A program made the translations under genes and the position numbers. 64,000 nt of DNA from a virus. The DNA lies in IMG/VR virus record IMGVR_UViG_3300008954_000023, positions 30,151-94,150 of that record; one strand, 5' to 3'. The notes beneath the pieces were generated by a model. That model made no database searches and had not been told where the DNA came from. It saw only the letters and a program-made list of their open reading frames with translations. Each line of letters starts with the position of its first letter. Position 1 is the stretch's first letter. Shown in pieces: positions 1-11,044 of this stretch.

Positions 1-3000
1 AGGTCGACTACGCGAAGTCCATCAGGAACATCCAGCCGATGTTCCAACGACGATGGATCGCCTACGAGCCTACGCTCAAGCTGGACCCTGCCCTCCATAC
101 TGGCGTCTTCGGGCACCACCAAAGCGGAAGCTCCGCCTTTACCGCAGCCGGAGCCGCCTCCGTCGTCGGCATCATCATCTCCGATCAGGAGATCCTCCTC
201 CGTGACGGCTCCCCTTCCTTGGATGCCGTAGGCACAGAGCTGACCATCTACTCCTCGGGTGGAGACCCAGGGAACATCGGCGACTACACCATTAATCGTA
301 TCAACAACGATACGACAGGGTACATCGTCTCGGCCTCTACACCCTTCCCTTCCCCGGAAGAGGAGGTGCTGACCACTGGTACGGACCTCGTGACCTTCCA
401 GCTCGAGGATGAGGTCTACGTCGCTGACACAGGCGTTGACTTCTCCGCCCTGGAAGTGCAGAAGGGCGACATCCTCAAGATCTCGCAGGGGTACTTCAAG
501 ATCACGGGAGTAGGAACGGCCGATGGCCTTCTCAATGAGAGGACACTGAAGCTCGAGTCCTCTCCCTCCAAGACAGGTTCCGGCAACAGCTACATCATCT
601 TCAAGGCCTTGCGGATTCTGGCTCGCAGGTCGGCGAAGCCCACCACGAACACTGTCTTCATTCCTGAGGATGAGGCAGATCTCTCCCTGTTCTCCTCCTC
701 GGAGTTTTCCGGTACAGGCACAGTTCAAGGCACGCTCGAAATCAGAGTCGAGAGCCGGCACATCTTCCCGTCACTTGTCGGCCAGGCCATCACCATCACG
801 TCTGGTGACGATGCTGGAACGACGTACACCATCGCCAGTCTGAACGAGGCACAGAACGGCTACTACGTCAGCACCGAGTTCTCGACGACGGAGTTCCCCC
901 AGACAGTCACGTACACCATCCCCCTGGTCTCGGACATCTCCAGCCGACTTCTCATCCTGGATGGCCGAGCCTACGAAATCACAGCCGCATACCTCGATGA
1001 GACTGGTATCTCCGTAGAGGATGGAGGCTTTGGACCGGTATGGGTCATCACTCTCAAGGAAACAGCCGCACCTTCAAGCCGTGAAGGCATGGGATGGCGC
1101 ATTCCTGCCGTCATCGAGTCTTCAGAGCATGAAGACCTGGAGGCAGAAGGTGTTTCCGCTGGAGACCTTCTGGTCTTGGACGTCCGTCGGGAGGACAACA
1201 GCACTATTGGCCGGCTGAAGTGCCTCGTTCTCGGCGCTGCAGGGACCAAGATCGCCTTTGACCTTGGGCTGTCATCGTTGGATGCTGGAGAGAATGGGGC
1301 CATCCCAAACTCCGAGCTCCTGGAGCTCTCCGAAGCTCTTCGCGTTGCATCTGTGGTCGTAGACGAGTTCGACGAGGGTGAGCTGGTCATCGCGCTGATG
1401 GCGGCTGAGATCGAGTCGTACTTGCAGAGTAGGGAGTTCCAGTCCTCGATCTACAACCTCCCTCTCAACCCGTCTTCCTCGGTGAGTGTGGGACCTTTCA
1501 CGGTCCGGTTCCGTGTCCGTCACATCATAAGGAACTGCCGTATTCCGGTAGATCCTTCTCTGTCTTCAGTCCCGGTCCTCATTGAGTACATCGACGAGCC
1601 TGTGGTCGGAGAGGATGAAGATGGACAGATCATCCATGTTGCGAAGGATGGTACGCAGACCGTCCTTGACCGTGAGCCGTTGGAGCTGATCGAGAACCGT
1701 GACTTCACAGTTGCGGCCGATGAGAACCTTACTGGGACGAACCTGGAGACTACGGCAGACTCGGGACTTCTCACCATCCCTGGCGGGGATCTCATCGATA
1801 GGGATGTTCGTGTTGGTGACTTCATCGACATCAAGTCGGGCTTCGATCAGAGGCGGTACATCATCCTGTCGGTGGTGGACTCAGAGACAATAGACGCCAT
1901 CTCCGAGGACCGTGAGGTCCCGGGCACGACGGCCACAGGCCTGAGCTACACCCTCGTCCGCCGGACCCCGGGGAACTTCGTCCGCTTCGTGTCCGGGATG
2001 TTCACAGCAGCTCTCCCAGCTCCGGAGCGACTGTGGGCGCAGGTCAGCTTGTACGACAACTCTGAGCTCATCGAAGACAACTTCGGTGTCATGGTCGGGG
2101 TGACTCGAGAGCAGCTCGACGAGTACGGAAGTAGTCAGATCTCGTACAAGGGTGCTGTGACCGGCCTCATGTACGCCTGGACCAGTGGACCTACGGTTCG
2201 CAACGTGTCCATCGGTAGTCACATCCTGGTTGGTCTTCCTGTGACAGAGGTGGCAGGCCAGATCGTACAGATCGATGACACCTACGACACGGAGAACGGT
2301 GTTGGTCGGGTGCTGATCGAAGATCATGATCCACAGGGCAACAGCACTGGCCTGGTCAGGATTTACTACTACAACACCGCCGATGACGACACACTCAACG
2401 AGTTCGCCGGCCTGGCCACGAACCCGCTGACGGGCGCGACATACGACATCCTCGACATCGTTTCGGCCTTTGCTCCTTTGTCGAAGGGGGTGGTGGTTGC
2501 CGACTACCTGACGGAGCCGAAGTGGTGGGCCACGAACAGTACAGGAGCCTCAGAGCTTCGGAAGTACCACACCTGGCAGGTCCGACTCGATGCGGCACAG
2601 GTGGACTCCCGAGACATCCCTCTCATCCATGACTTCGTTTTCGGGATTCGGCCCATCTACACAGAGCCGGAAGTCGTTCTCGTCTTGTACCTGACGGATG
2701 ACATCACCATCGAAGATGAGCTCGGTCTCGAAGGAGACCTTCTCCTCGCTGATGACATCGGGCAGTCCATCGAAGCTACGAGGATGACGGACTCCTACAA
2801 TGGGAGCTCACTCACTCACCGTCTGTTCGACCACCCGTCCCTCAACACACGGACCTTCTTCGAAGGCCGGGACCTGGTCACGACGGAGGGCTCTTCGACG
2901 GTGACTTCCGTTCGGGGAGGCTTCACCACGGATGGCACGCTCTCGGGAATCAATGAGTGGTTCGAGGATGACGTCGAAGTCCGTGGTCCCGCTATCGTGC

Positions 3001-4271
3001 GGGTGGGAGACATCCTCTTCATCCGTGAGGGCGTGAACCGTGGCCGGTACCGAGTCACGGCTGTGACCGACGACAACACTCTGGAGATTGAGCAGCTCAC
3101 AGGCTGGCCGCCGAGGTCGATCCCTACGGATCAGATCGCTGCCCTGACAGGGCAGGTCTTCCAGCTTCAGCGACAGGATACTGAGGACCTGGTCTCTGTG
3201 TCTGACGTGACGGTGGTGTCCTACGACGCGGCCACCGATACGACCCAGATCACGAGTCCGACGGCGAACTTCCGCTGGAACGGCTGTGCGGTCAACGACA
3301 CCCTCGTAGTCGAGGATGGCGCAGACTACGGCCTCCATGAGGTTTTGCAGGTCGGGTACATCGACGGCTTCGGCGACCTGCAGAGTTTGGATACCATTCT
3401 TACCATTGATGGCGAGCTCACCGAGGCTGGGAGCTTCTCCATCACTGTCCGTCGAGATCGTCTCCGGACAAATCCTCTTGTTTCCCGTACTGATGGAATC
3501 ACAACGGCGGCCTCTTCGTCCGTCGCACTGCCGTCAGGTGCGCTGTTGCTGGGACTGCAGTACGGGGATCTTCTCACGCCGCAGACCGGTGCCGATGCTG
3601 GCAAGGTCTTCAAGGTCATCGACGTTCCAGATGACACAACCATCTTCACGGACCAGGACTTCTCTGCCACGGAAGTCTCAGTTGAGTTCGAGGTCACACG
3701 CCCCTCACTCTTCGATGACTCTGGCACCTCGGACTCGGACGAGGAGCTCACGCCCTTCGCTCCAGAGGACAAGGTCACCTTCACAGTCCTGGAGCCTCTG
3801 ACCCAGCTCCTGGCCCTCACAGACCTGACCTTGACAGGAAACACCGCAGAGTCTCAGGCCACTGTCCTGCAGGGGACCGTGTCTGCTGGAGACAAGCTCA
3901 CTGTCCCGTTCACCTCTGAGAACTCGGGAGTCTTCGAAGTCACGGACGTCTCGGGCAACATCGCGACAGTGGAGCACTCATGGCACACCGATGAGGGCCC
4001 ATTCTCGGCCTCAGGCATCTTCCACACACTCGCAGCAGACTGGGAGGTCCACGGCATCATTGTGACCCTGGTGGGAGCTACAGCTGCCGCTATGACAGGG
4101 GCCGGGCTCACCCTCTTCGACTTCGCGAAGCCAGGGGATGTGCTCGAAGTCGATGGTGTGGGTACACTGGTGATCGCCGAGGTGACCTCGAACTTCGTCC
4201 TGACGTTCACGAAGCAGAGCGGAGTGAACCCGGCGACCAACTATACTGGTAGGCTGAAGCGGGAGGCGTGA
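1..4271 (+). CDS. Large virion structural protein (baseplate/tail), 5'-truncated
   Basis: Frame is open from the window edge (VDYAKSIRNIQPM...). Acidic, Thr/Val/Gly-rich, with repeated beta-rich modules (DLVT..., V.xGDxLxI..G...G.YxI..V). Adjacent to a tail-collar-like gene. Confidence 0.6.
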   Translation, partial: VDYAKSIRNIQPMFQRRWIAYEPTLKLDPALHTGVFGHHQSGSSAFTAAGAASVVGIIISDQEILLRDGSPSLDAVGTELTIYSSGGDPGNIGDYTINRINNDTTGYIVSASTPFPSPEEEVLTTGTDLVTFQLEDEVYVADTGVDFSALEVQKGDILKISQGYFKITGVGTADGLLNERTLKLESSPSKTGSGNSYIIFKALRILARRSAKPTTNTVFIPEDEADLSLFSSSEFSGTGTVQGTLEIRVESRHIFPSLVGQAITITSGDDAGTTYTIASLNEAQNGYYVSTEFSTTEFPQTVTYTIPLVSDISSRLLILDGRAYEITAAYLDETGISVEDGGFGPVWVITLKETAAPSSREGMGWRIPAVIESSEHEDLEAEGVSAGDLLVLDVRREDNSTIGRLKCLVLGAAGTKIAFDLGLSSLDAGENGAIPNSELLELSEALRVASVVVDEFDEGELVIALMAAEIESYLQSREFQSSIYNLPLNPSSSVSVGPFTVRFRVRHIIRNCRIPVDPSLSSVPVLIEYIDEPVVGEDEDGQIIHVAKDGTQTVLDREPLELIENRDFTVAADENLTGTNLETTADSGLLTIPGGDLIDRDVRVGDFIDIKSGFDQRRYIILSVVDSETIDAISEDREVPGTTATGLSYTLVRRTPGNFVRFVSGMFTAALPAPERLWAQVSLYDNSELIEDNFGVMVGVTREQLDEYGSSQISYKGAVTGLMYAWTSGPTVRNVSIGSHILVGLPVTEVAGQIVQIDDTYDTENGVGRVLIEDHDPQGNSTGLVRIYYYNTADDDTLNEFAGLATNPLTGATYDILDIVSAFAPLSKGVVVADYLTEPKWWATNSTGASELRKYHTWQVRLDAAQVDSRDIPLIHDFVFGIRPIYTEPEVVLVLYLTDDITIEDELGLEGDLLLADDIGQSIEATRMTDSYNGSSLTHRLFDHPSLNTRTFFEGRDLVTTEGSSTVTSVRGGFTTDGTLSGINEWFEDDVEVRGPAIVRVGDILFIREGVNRGRYRVTAVTDDNTLEIEQLTGWPPRSIPTDQIAALTGQVFQLQRQDTEDLVSVSDVTVVSYDAATDTTQITSPTANFRWNGCAVNDTLVVEDGADYGLHEVLQVGYIDGFGDLQSLDTILTIDGELTEAGSFSITVRRDRLRTNPLVSRTDGITTAASSSVALPSGALLLGLQYGDLLTPQTGADAGKVFKVIDVPDDTTIFTDQDFSATEVSVEFEVTRPSLFDDSGTSDSDEELTPFAPEDKVTFTVLEPLTQLLALTDLTLTGNTAESQATVLQGTVSAGDKLTVPFTSENSGVFEVTDVSGNIATVEHSWHTDEGPFSASGIFHTLAADWEVHGIIVTLVGATAAAMTGAGLTLFDFAKPGDVLEVDGVGTLVIAEVTSNFVLTFTKQSGVNPATNYTGRLKREA

Positions 4272-4477
4272 TGCTCCAGCGAGTCAAGAAGCGGCTTGGG
4301 TTCAAGGATAAGGCCAAGATCTTTGACCGCCTCCGTGTCACGGGAGGCGGCGAGAAGCCGGGTTACAGAGGGATCCGGATGTCTGACGGCTCACAGGTGC
4401 CGCTGGAGACGATCATGACGCAGTTCGGTGTAGATCGTGAACGGGCCCTGAAGATCCAGAAGAGGATGACCAGGTGA
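4268..4477 (+). CDS. Hypothetical protein (69 aa)
   Basis: GTGA overlaps with both neighbours (translational coupling). Confidence 0.6.
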   Translation: MMLQRVKKRLGFKDKAKIFDRLRVTGGGEKPGYRGIRMSDGSQVPLETIMTQFGVDRERALKIQKRMTR

Positions 4478-5100
4478 TTGGATTCCTGCGAAGGCTGGCC
4501 CCTCTGCGGTGGTGGCAGCACGCCCTGAAGCACAACCCCGAGATCCGGGGACATCTGCGCCTGGAGATGCGGGAGCGCGGGAAGCTCGTGGGTGTCCGCG
4601 AGGGTGACAATATTTGGACCCTCACGGGCCGGGAGTTCATCGCTGAGCTCATTGCCATCAAGGCCACCAACCCCTCCAGGACCACCTTCCGTGATGACCG
4701 TGTCGGCTACATCGGCCTCGGTTCCGGATCTCAGAGCGAGGTCTCGAACATCGAGAGCCTGGTGGACCCGGTCCCTTACAAGACGAACCTGTTCCTGGCG
4801 GCCCTCAACGCGCCGGCCACCTTCCCGACGTCGGGAAGCACGACGACGAACACTGTGGCCCGCTTCATGCGGGAGTTCAGCACGAGCGAGATCTCTCTCG
4901 GCTACAACGTGGTGTTGACCGAGGCCGGCCTCTTCACGGACGGGAATCCCGATGATGACTGGAACATCGACCCGGACGACTTCCCTGTGAGCTGGAATGA
5001 TGCCGCGGGCCGTGCTCCCATGGCCTACAAGACGTTTGAGCCCATCACGAAGACGACGCAGTTCAACCTGCGCGCCGTGTGGGATGTGAGGGTCGTGTGA
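4474..5100 (+). CDS. Tail collar/baseplate-associated structural protein
   Basis: Pattern 'LTGREFIA...YIGLGSG...LTEAGLF...MAYKTFEPITKT...WDV' resembles phage tail-collar/fibre attachment proteins. Confidence 0.55.
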   Translation: MIGFLRRLAPLRWWQHALKHNPEIRGHLRLEMRERGKLVGVREGDNIWTLTGREFIAELIAIKATNPSRTTFRDDRVGYIGLGSGSQSEVSNIESLVDPVPYKTNLFLAALNAPATFPTSGSTTTNTVARFMREFSTSEISLGYNVVLTEAGLFTDGNPDDDWNIDPDDFPVSWNDAAGRAPMAYKTFEPITKTTQFNLRAVWDVRVV

Positions 5101-8100
5101 CCTATCGCCGTCATCCCTTCCTTCAGGGCAACACCGCTTCGGCAGTGTTGAACCAGCCAGAGATTCGCGGAGCTGTCTCCAAGGACTCTGATGGCAACTT
5201 CGCTCTCCCGGCCCCGACAGCCTCCGAGCTGGTCATCGAGACGGAAGACGCGGCGACTTCCGGCGGGATCTCGGCGGTCTTCTCGTCTGCCACCGACACA
5301 TCTATCGAGTACGTCCTCTCGCAGATCAACACGACCCTCTCTGGCTACGCCACGGCCGTAGAGTACGAAGGCTGCATCGTCATCAGGAGTGTTGGTGTGG
5401 GCGGAGACGCCTACGTCCGTATCCTCCAGCCCATCTCTGGCTTCGAGGATGCTGCCTCGGTTCTCGGATTCCCTGTGCATCCGAACCCGACGGCGACCGT
5501 CACAGCCGGAGACGAGCTGGACACACCCGTGCGGCCGCTGCAGCAGAGCAACCCCGTCGGCACCAAGATGCTGGCTACCGGCGAGGATCGTGTCGGTCAT
5601 GCCTACAACCGCATCCTCCGTGTTCTCGCCTCGAACATGGACACGCTCCACAGCTGGTTGCGACGGTACATCGCCGTTCCGTTGATGGTGGAGATCGACG
5701 AGACTACGCACTCAGCCTACATCTCGAAGGATGCGACGACAGGAGACATCGAGCAGATCAACCTGGCTGCTGTAACGGCCATCACGCCGGACTCACTCGG
5801 CCGCTTCTTCATCGGAGGCTTGACTCGGGACTCCAGTCTGAGTGACATCGCGTCCATCATCGTGGTCACCGATCGTGACGACAACGAGCTACTGGCAGGT
5901 GACTCTGTCGTCCGCATCGGAGCCGTGACACGCGGTCAGCGAACGACGACGATGCCGACGTTCGCCGATGACTACGCGGCCGCAGGCACGCCGCTCCCGG
6001 ACACAACGGGGGTCTCCACCGACGGGTGGAACGCTCTTGGTGTGGAGAGGGTGAAGTCTACGATCTCCATCTCTGAGATTCGGCAGCGGACTGAGGTGGT
6101 GTGCACGGGTGCGACCTTCATCAGTGATGGAGTCGTCGCCGGCGACGTAGGCACCATCACGGGTGCCACAGTCTCCATGCCATTCAACCACAATGGTGCC
6201 TACGTCGTGGATGTCGTGGTCTCGGAAGAGATTCTCATTCTGCGGCCGTTCCCTGGCGGAGCGCATGTTCGGGAGCTCAACCCCGACGATTCGGGAGTCT
6301 TGGGCACTCTCACGGTTCGCTCCAGCGGGAACTTCGAGACGGACCTGTGGATCTCGTTCTCTCCCGCACTCCCTCGCTTCCCCGAGGATGGGAAGATCCG
6401 GCTGCGTCTCGGTTACCGTCAGGAGCTGGGAGCTCTGGACGATGACGACATCCTGCACTCCCTCCGGAACTCGGAGGAGGCGGATGGATGGACGCTCCTG
6501 AGCCTGTACCGTGCCCTCACCCTCGAGGGTGCGTACGCCGGCATGGGCAAGGGTGGAGGCTTCCAGGCGAGCATCACGCACAAGCCTGCAATCTTCGTAG
6601 GGAAGCAGGCGGATGGTCAAACCGCAGGGACGTCGGAGCGGAGCTCTTCCGACACGGCGACCCTCAACCTGGTCAACTTCCGCCTGACCATCGACGGGAA
6701 CACAGACAGGTTCTACCTCGAGGATGTTGGCAGGGTCATCTGGCTGAACGCTACAGGGCTTCTCGTCAACGAGCCCTGGACGGTCATCAAGCTCATCGAT
6801 GGTCGTACCGTAGAGCTGGCACCTCCGCTGCACAAGGTCGGCTCAGAGGCTACCTCAGGCGTCTTGAGTATCGACTCGTGGGAGCTCCGGGAGGAGGCCC
6901 GCAACGACCTTCAGTCTGTGCTGCAGGTGCTGTCGCCAGAGTACTTCAGCGAGTCCACCACACGGACACCGGGTCTTGGCTACGTCTTTGTTCGTGAGCA
7001 GCGTGACGAAGCCTCGACAGATGCCTCTATCCCTGGTCTCCTGTCCTATATGGACCTGGAGAAGATCCGGCTCCATCGAGATGGTACGAACATCACCATC
7101 TCTGTGTCGCCCAGTGTGTCGGGGGACACGGTCGAACTTCCGTTCGATCCTGAGGACAGTTCCAACTTCTTTGCTCAGAATGCGGATACCAAGACGTTTG
7201 GTCTGCATGGATCGTTGACTTTTTGCCGTATCCTTCATGGCGAGAGTGCCGGTTTCTACCGTGTACAGGAGCTTACCTCTGCCGGAGGATCAGGTACGAA
7301 TGCTGTAGTCCTTCGGACGCTGAAGGGAGCTACGCCGTCATTCGCTTCTGAGACGGACGTCTCGGTATCGTTCTACAACGCGCACTTCATGGTCGGAGCA
7401 CCCATCTCTGGTGGACCAGAGAGTCTGGTGTGGACCTATGCGGCCTTGTCGTTGTATGCCGATTCGATCGATAACGATGCGTCGAGCGGGTGGTGTGCTC
7501 GTTTGGCGTGGCGTGGTGTGGGTGGAGGCATCTACGCCCACGTTAACGACGCAGAGTTCGTAGCTTACGAAGCCGGGGATGCGGCGAATGGGCCTGCCAT
7601 TCAGCTCTACCTGCACGCCCCGGCGGATGGGATTGATGTCCGCATTATCGGGTCTGACACTGGGGATGATGAGCGTCGTCAAGGCTTTGGTCATCGTATC
7701 GGGGCATACACGAATCTTCACGATCTGAACATCAATGCTCCTGTGGCAGAAGGCTCGGAGTTTGGTGAGTCCTTCGGTCTCGGTGTTCATCAGTCTGGTA
7801 AGGATCCTGCACAAGTCATCACCAAGACCGATGGTGATTCTTCGGAGCAGCATGCCGATACCGGCTACTCACGACTCACACCCAGTGCAGCCCTTCTCCT
7901 CGGCCGCGCAGGTACTCCGACGACGGCAACTGACTGGGCTGACGGAGTTACGGGCCGCGGATCGGCGGCAGAGCTCCGAGGATCTGTTTGGATCTACTCT
8001 GACTTTGGCGCAGTGGAGACTGGCCGACCGGGTTGGAGTGGTGGTGGCCTGTTCGTCGAAGATGTCATCGGAGCGGGCCGGCATCTGTATCCGAGTCTGG

Positions 8101-10625
8101 GTATCTACAATCCCGAGGATTACCCGTACTACGGGGTAAGTCCGTTTGCAGGGTGGCAGCTTCCAACCCAGTTGGGCAGTCCCGGGCAGGTGCTCCCTGT
8201 CTCCGGATCTGATCTGACGGGAGAGTTGGAGCTTCCGGACTACGGCCTGTTCAACATGCCGCATGATGCGGTTCTTCGTATCGACGACATCAGCGCAGCA
8301 GGCCTGGATAAGCCGTATGCGCGCCTCATTGGCCATACGGTCTTGATTACCGATCACGATCCAGGCACCTACACTGATGTTCGGTACGTGATTCAGGCGG
8401 TTCGGCTTGTCAGTGTCAACGAGATTGTCTTCTCCTTGGCACGCGAGAGTACTACCCCTATCGTAGACCCCGGGAGCGTAGACTTCCGGATTTTGGGGAA
8501 TCGGTGGTGGTGGTCGTACATCGATATCGCCGACTATATGCACCTCGGAACGGCCGTCGAAACGGATGAGCGGTGGAAGCTCCCGACACTGTCCATCGGT
8601 CGTACGATGGACCAGTACCAGGACAAGAAGGATCTCACGTCCGGCAACATTCAGGCATCAGAAGGCCAGCACTCGATTCCAGAGCTCAACCCCTCACAGG
8701 CGGGTGCAGGTATCGGGGATACGCAGGCCCTGACCTCCATGACCACGTTCTACGCCCTCTCTGGAATGGGTGGAGGATCGTGGGACCCTTCGAAGACTAC
8801 GTCGGCAGATGTAGGAGCTCCAGGAGAGGTGTACTTCACCCAGGAATGGGGCGCAGATAATCGAGAAGCCTGTAAGCCCTTCCCCAACATGGGAATCGTT
8901 GCCTCGACAGAGCGGGACGCTACAGCTCTCGATTCGGCCTATCTGTCTGTGAGCAACCCCGGTTCTCTGCTCGCAGGGGACTGGACGCTGGAGCACGTGT
9001 CTCAGGGGACCGGGAACGGAGTGGTAGCACACTACCATCGACGGCTGGGCGGGGCGCTTCGCGTCATTACCCACGCTTCAAACACTGGCTCTGAGACTGA
9101 CTCGATCCGCCTCTGGCGGAGGCCGTTCAGGGGCTCGAGTTCACTTATCTACGGTTTCCGTGTTCGTGTCATCTATGAGATGAGTAGTACGGAGGCTCCA
9201 GGCTTTACAGCCGCCATCCGACGAGAGGACGGCACAGTTCTGGCTTCGACCTCAGTGTCTGGGACAGACCAGCTGGTAGAGCTGGATTGGACTGTCAGCA
9301 AGTACGACCTTGAAGAGGCTCGAAGGACTGAGTTCTTTGGAAGTATCTTCAGCGGCGAAGGTCTCTACCTCACTATCGATATCGATGTGGAAGCTGGTGC
9401 GGGCCAGATCTGGTACTTCCATTCGATTCGTGTCGAATCGCTTACGCGCGCAGCCCGGGTCCATGCTCCTCTGGTCGTAGCAGGACCCATCACCTCGACA
9501 GGTCTACGGTATAGCAGTCCGGTCAAAGGCTACTGCACACGAGGCCCTTCGGATTCACAGTTCCTACATCCGGCTCCCTACGGCCGGAATGAAGCGAATG
9601 ACGGGGATGGGTGGACCTCAGGTACTGGTCGAGCCTACGGGCATCAGGAGGGTCACGGTGTGGGCTCCTGGTATGACGAGTTCGATACTGTGTGGCGTCA
9701 GCCGGTGTTCCGTAGCTCAGATGTCTTCCGCGTAGGGATTCACAGTGCCGCGGTTCGCGGGGCCTATCCATACTTCGATCCGCTGTACTACGCGCAGGCG
9801 AGTGCTCGTGTGACGGCGGCGGGTGGAGATGTAGACTCCACGTACATGCAGCTTCCAGGTCGGACTGGTTTTCTGATCCCGTTCGATCCTCCGCATGGCG
9901 CTCGGATCTCCACACTGGACGTGGCCGTCAGCTCCCTTCCTCGGTGGGATCCAGATCACGTCACCAAGCCGCTGTTCTGGGGGAACTGGCACTCTTACCC
10001 GACGCAGTTGGGGGCCGGAGCCTTCGAGACAGACGTCTCGGTCTGGAAGTCCGCCTCTAACTGGGATGATGCGGCAGGTGTGAAGGTTGTTCTTTGGCGC
10101 TACAACACCCTCCCGACTCACTCGTCCATGCCGCTCCACAGCGCAGAACGGACACAGGCCACAAATGTCGGGTTCGCGGAAGCAATCCTCTCACAGACGA
10201 TTCCCTTCACCGATGACGATCTTCCAGATGTAGGAGATCATGTTGGTACAGGGACCGGAGCCACCCTTCTATCGGAGGCATCCTTCGTCCGGAACTGGGA
10301 CCTCACCAAAATCGTAGAGGAAGAGGGCGGAGGTGTTCAGCTTCTTACCGTGGATCGTCGACAGTACTCCTACTTCTTGACGATCGAGTTCTGGATCGGC
10401 CCCCGACCTCGATCTCTGGCGAACTACTCCTACGGTGATGACGATGATCTGAACCAGCAGAACACAGATCACGAGGACTCCATTACTCAGGCATGGTTCG
10501 TCCCGACAATCACGCCTGACTTCCCACTGTCGACGGTGGGAATGCGAACTCCGCCTGTAGTGAAGTTCCGCGGTGCACGCCTCGGCTACGTCACTGACAG
10601 AGCCTCGCATGGTGGATGGTCATGA
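5097..10625 (+). CDS. Very large virion protein (putative tail fibre/baseplate), about 1840 aa
   Basis: Long ORF; GTG start at 5097 overlaps the upstream TGA. Beta-rich, Gly/Thr/Asp-rich; shares the G.VAGD.......N.G.Y.V..V module with ORF 1-4271. Confidence 0.6.
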   Translation: MTYRRHPFLQGNTASAVLNQPEIRGAVSKDSDGNFALPAPTASELVIETEDAATSGGISAVFSSATDTSIEYVLSQINTTLSGYATAVEYEGCIVIRSVGVGGDAYVRILQPISGFEDAASVLGFPVHPNPTATVTAGDELDTPVRPLQQSNPVGTKMLATGEDRVGHAYNRILRVLASNMDTLHSWLRRYIAVPLMVEIDETTHSAYISKDATTGDIEQINLAAVTAITPDSLGRFFIGGLTRDSSLSDIASIIVVTDRDDNELLAGDSVVRIGAVTRGQRTTTMPTFADDYAAAGTPLPDTTGVSTDGWNALGVERVKSTISISEIRQRTEVVCTGATFISDGVVAGDVGTITGATVSMPFNHNGAYVVDVVVSEEILILRPFPGGAHVRELNPDDSGVLGTLTVRSSGNFETDLWISFSPALPRFPEDGKIRLRLGYRQELGALDDDDILHSLRNSEEADGWTLLSLYRALTLEGAYAGMGKGGGFQASITHKPAIFVGKQADGQTAGTSERSSSDTATLNLVNFRLTIDGNTDRFYLEDVGRVIWLNATGLLVNEPWTVIKLIDGRTVELAPPLHKVGSEATSGVLSIDSWELREEARNDLQSVLQVLSPEYFSESTTRTPGLGYVFVREQRDEASTDASIPGLLSYMDLEKIRLHRDGTNITISVSPSVSGDTVELPFDPEDSSNFFAQNADTKTFGLHGSLTFCRILHGESAGFYRVQELTSAGGSGTNAVVLRTLKGATPSFASETDVSVSFYNAHFMVGAPISGGPESLVWTYAALSLYADSIDNDASSGWCARLAWRGVGGGIYAHVNDAEFVAYEAGDAANGPAIQLYLHAPADGIDVRIIGSDTGDDERRQGFGHRIGAYTNLHDLNINAPVAEGSEFGESFGLGVHQSGKDPAQVITKTDGDSSEQHADTGYSRLTPSAALLLGRAGTPTTATDWADGVTGRGSAAELRGSVWIYSDFGAVETGRPGWSGGGLFVEDVIGAGRHLYPSLGIYNPEDYPYYGVSPFAGWQLPTQLGSPGQVLPVSGSDLTGELELPDYGLFNMPHDAVLRIDDISAAGLDKPYARLIGHTVLITDHDPGTYTDVRYVIQAVRLVSVNEIVFSLARESTTPIVDPGSVDFRILGNRWWWSYIDIADYMHLGTAVETDERWKLPTLSIGRTMDQYQDKKDLTSGNIQASEGQHSIPELNPSQAGAGIGDTQALTSMTTFYALSGMGGGSWDPSKTTSADVGAPGEVYFTQEWGADNREACKPFPNMGIVASTERDATALDSAYLSVSNPGSLLAGDWTLEHVSQGTGNGVVAHYHRRLGGALRVITHASNTGSETDSIRLWRRPFRGSSSLIYGFRVRVIYEMSSTEAPGFTAAIRREDGTVLASTSVSGTDQLVELDWTVSKYDLEEARRTEFFGSIFSGEGLYLTIDIDVEAGAGQIWYFHSIRVESLTRAARVHAPLVVAGPITSTGLRYSSPVKGYCTRGPSDSQFLHPAPYGRNEANDGDGWTSGTGRAYGHQEGHGVGSWYDEFDTVWRQPVFRSSDVFRVGIHSAAVRGAYPYFDPLYYAQASARVTAAGGDVDSTYMQLPGRTGFLIPFDPPHGARISTLDVAVSSLPRWDPDHVTKPLFWGNWHSYPTQLGAGAFETDVSVWKSASNWDDAAGVKVVLWRYNTLPTHSSMPLHSAERTQATNVGFAEAILSQTIPFTDDDLPDVGDHVGTGTGATLLSEASFVRNWDLTKIVEEEGGGVQLLTVDRRQYSYFLTIEFWIGPRPRSLANYSYGDDDDLNQQNTDHEDSITQAWFVPTITPDFPLSTVGMRTPPVVKFRGARLGYVTDRASHGGWS

Positions 10626-10831
10626 GTGCCCTCAAGCGGGTCAACCCTCGCTTGAGAAAGGGACTCTCTGAGCATGCTGTACGGCTACTTCTGAAAGAAC
10701 CCGCCCCAAAACGGCCAGTCCTTACGGTGAAGAAGCGCATCGAAGTACCTGAAGACGTTCTGCTTCAGGCCACTCAGTCACAGCTTCGCCGTAGGCTTCA
10801 AGGCGCGAAGAAGTCACGACGTAGGGGCTAA
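10622..10831 (+). CDS. Small basic hypothetical protein
   Basis: ATGA overlap with the upstream stop; ends just before a hairpin. Confidence 0.5.
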   Translation: MSALKRVNPRLRKGLSEHAVRLLLKEPAPKRPVLTVKKRIEVPEDVLLQATQSQLRRRLQGAKKSRRRG

Positions 10832-10872
10832 AGTAGAAACCCCGTATAGCTGTTGCTACACGGGATTCCTAC
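10828..10872 (-). terminator. Hairpin terminator of the - strand replication operon
   Basis: On the - strand, GTAGGAATCCCGTGTAGC-AACA-GCTATACGGGGTTTCTAC forms an 18-bp stem (three G.U pairs) followed by TTTAGC; it lies between convergent genes. Confidence 0.7.
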
Positions 10873-11044
10873 TACAGAGCGATCCGAAGGAGTTGGCCCA
10901 CGAGGCCGGGGACGTCGAGGTAGACACCGAGGTGAAGACCGAGTTCGTCTTCGGCCCACCCCAGGAGCTCCTCGCGCGTCATCGCGAGGAGCTTCTCTTC
11001 ATCTACCTCGAGGACGGTAGGGCCGGGAGAGTCCCCGTCCCCGA

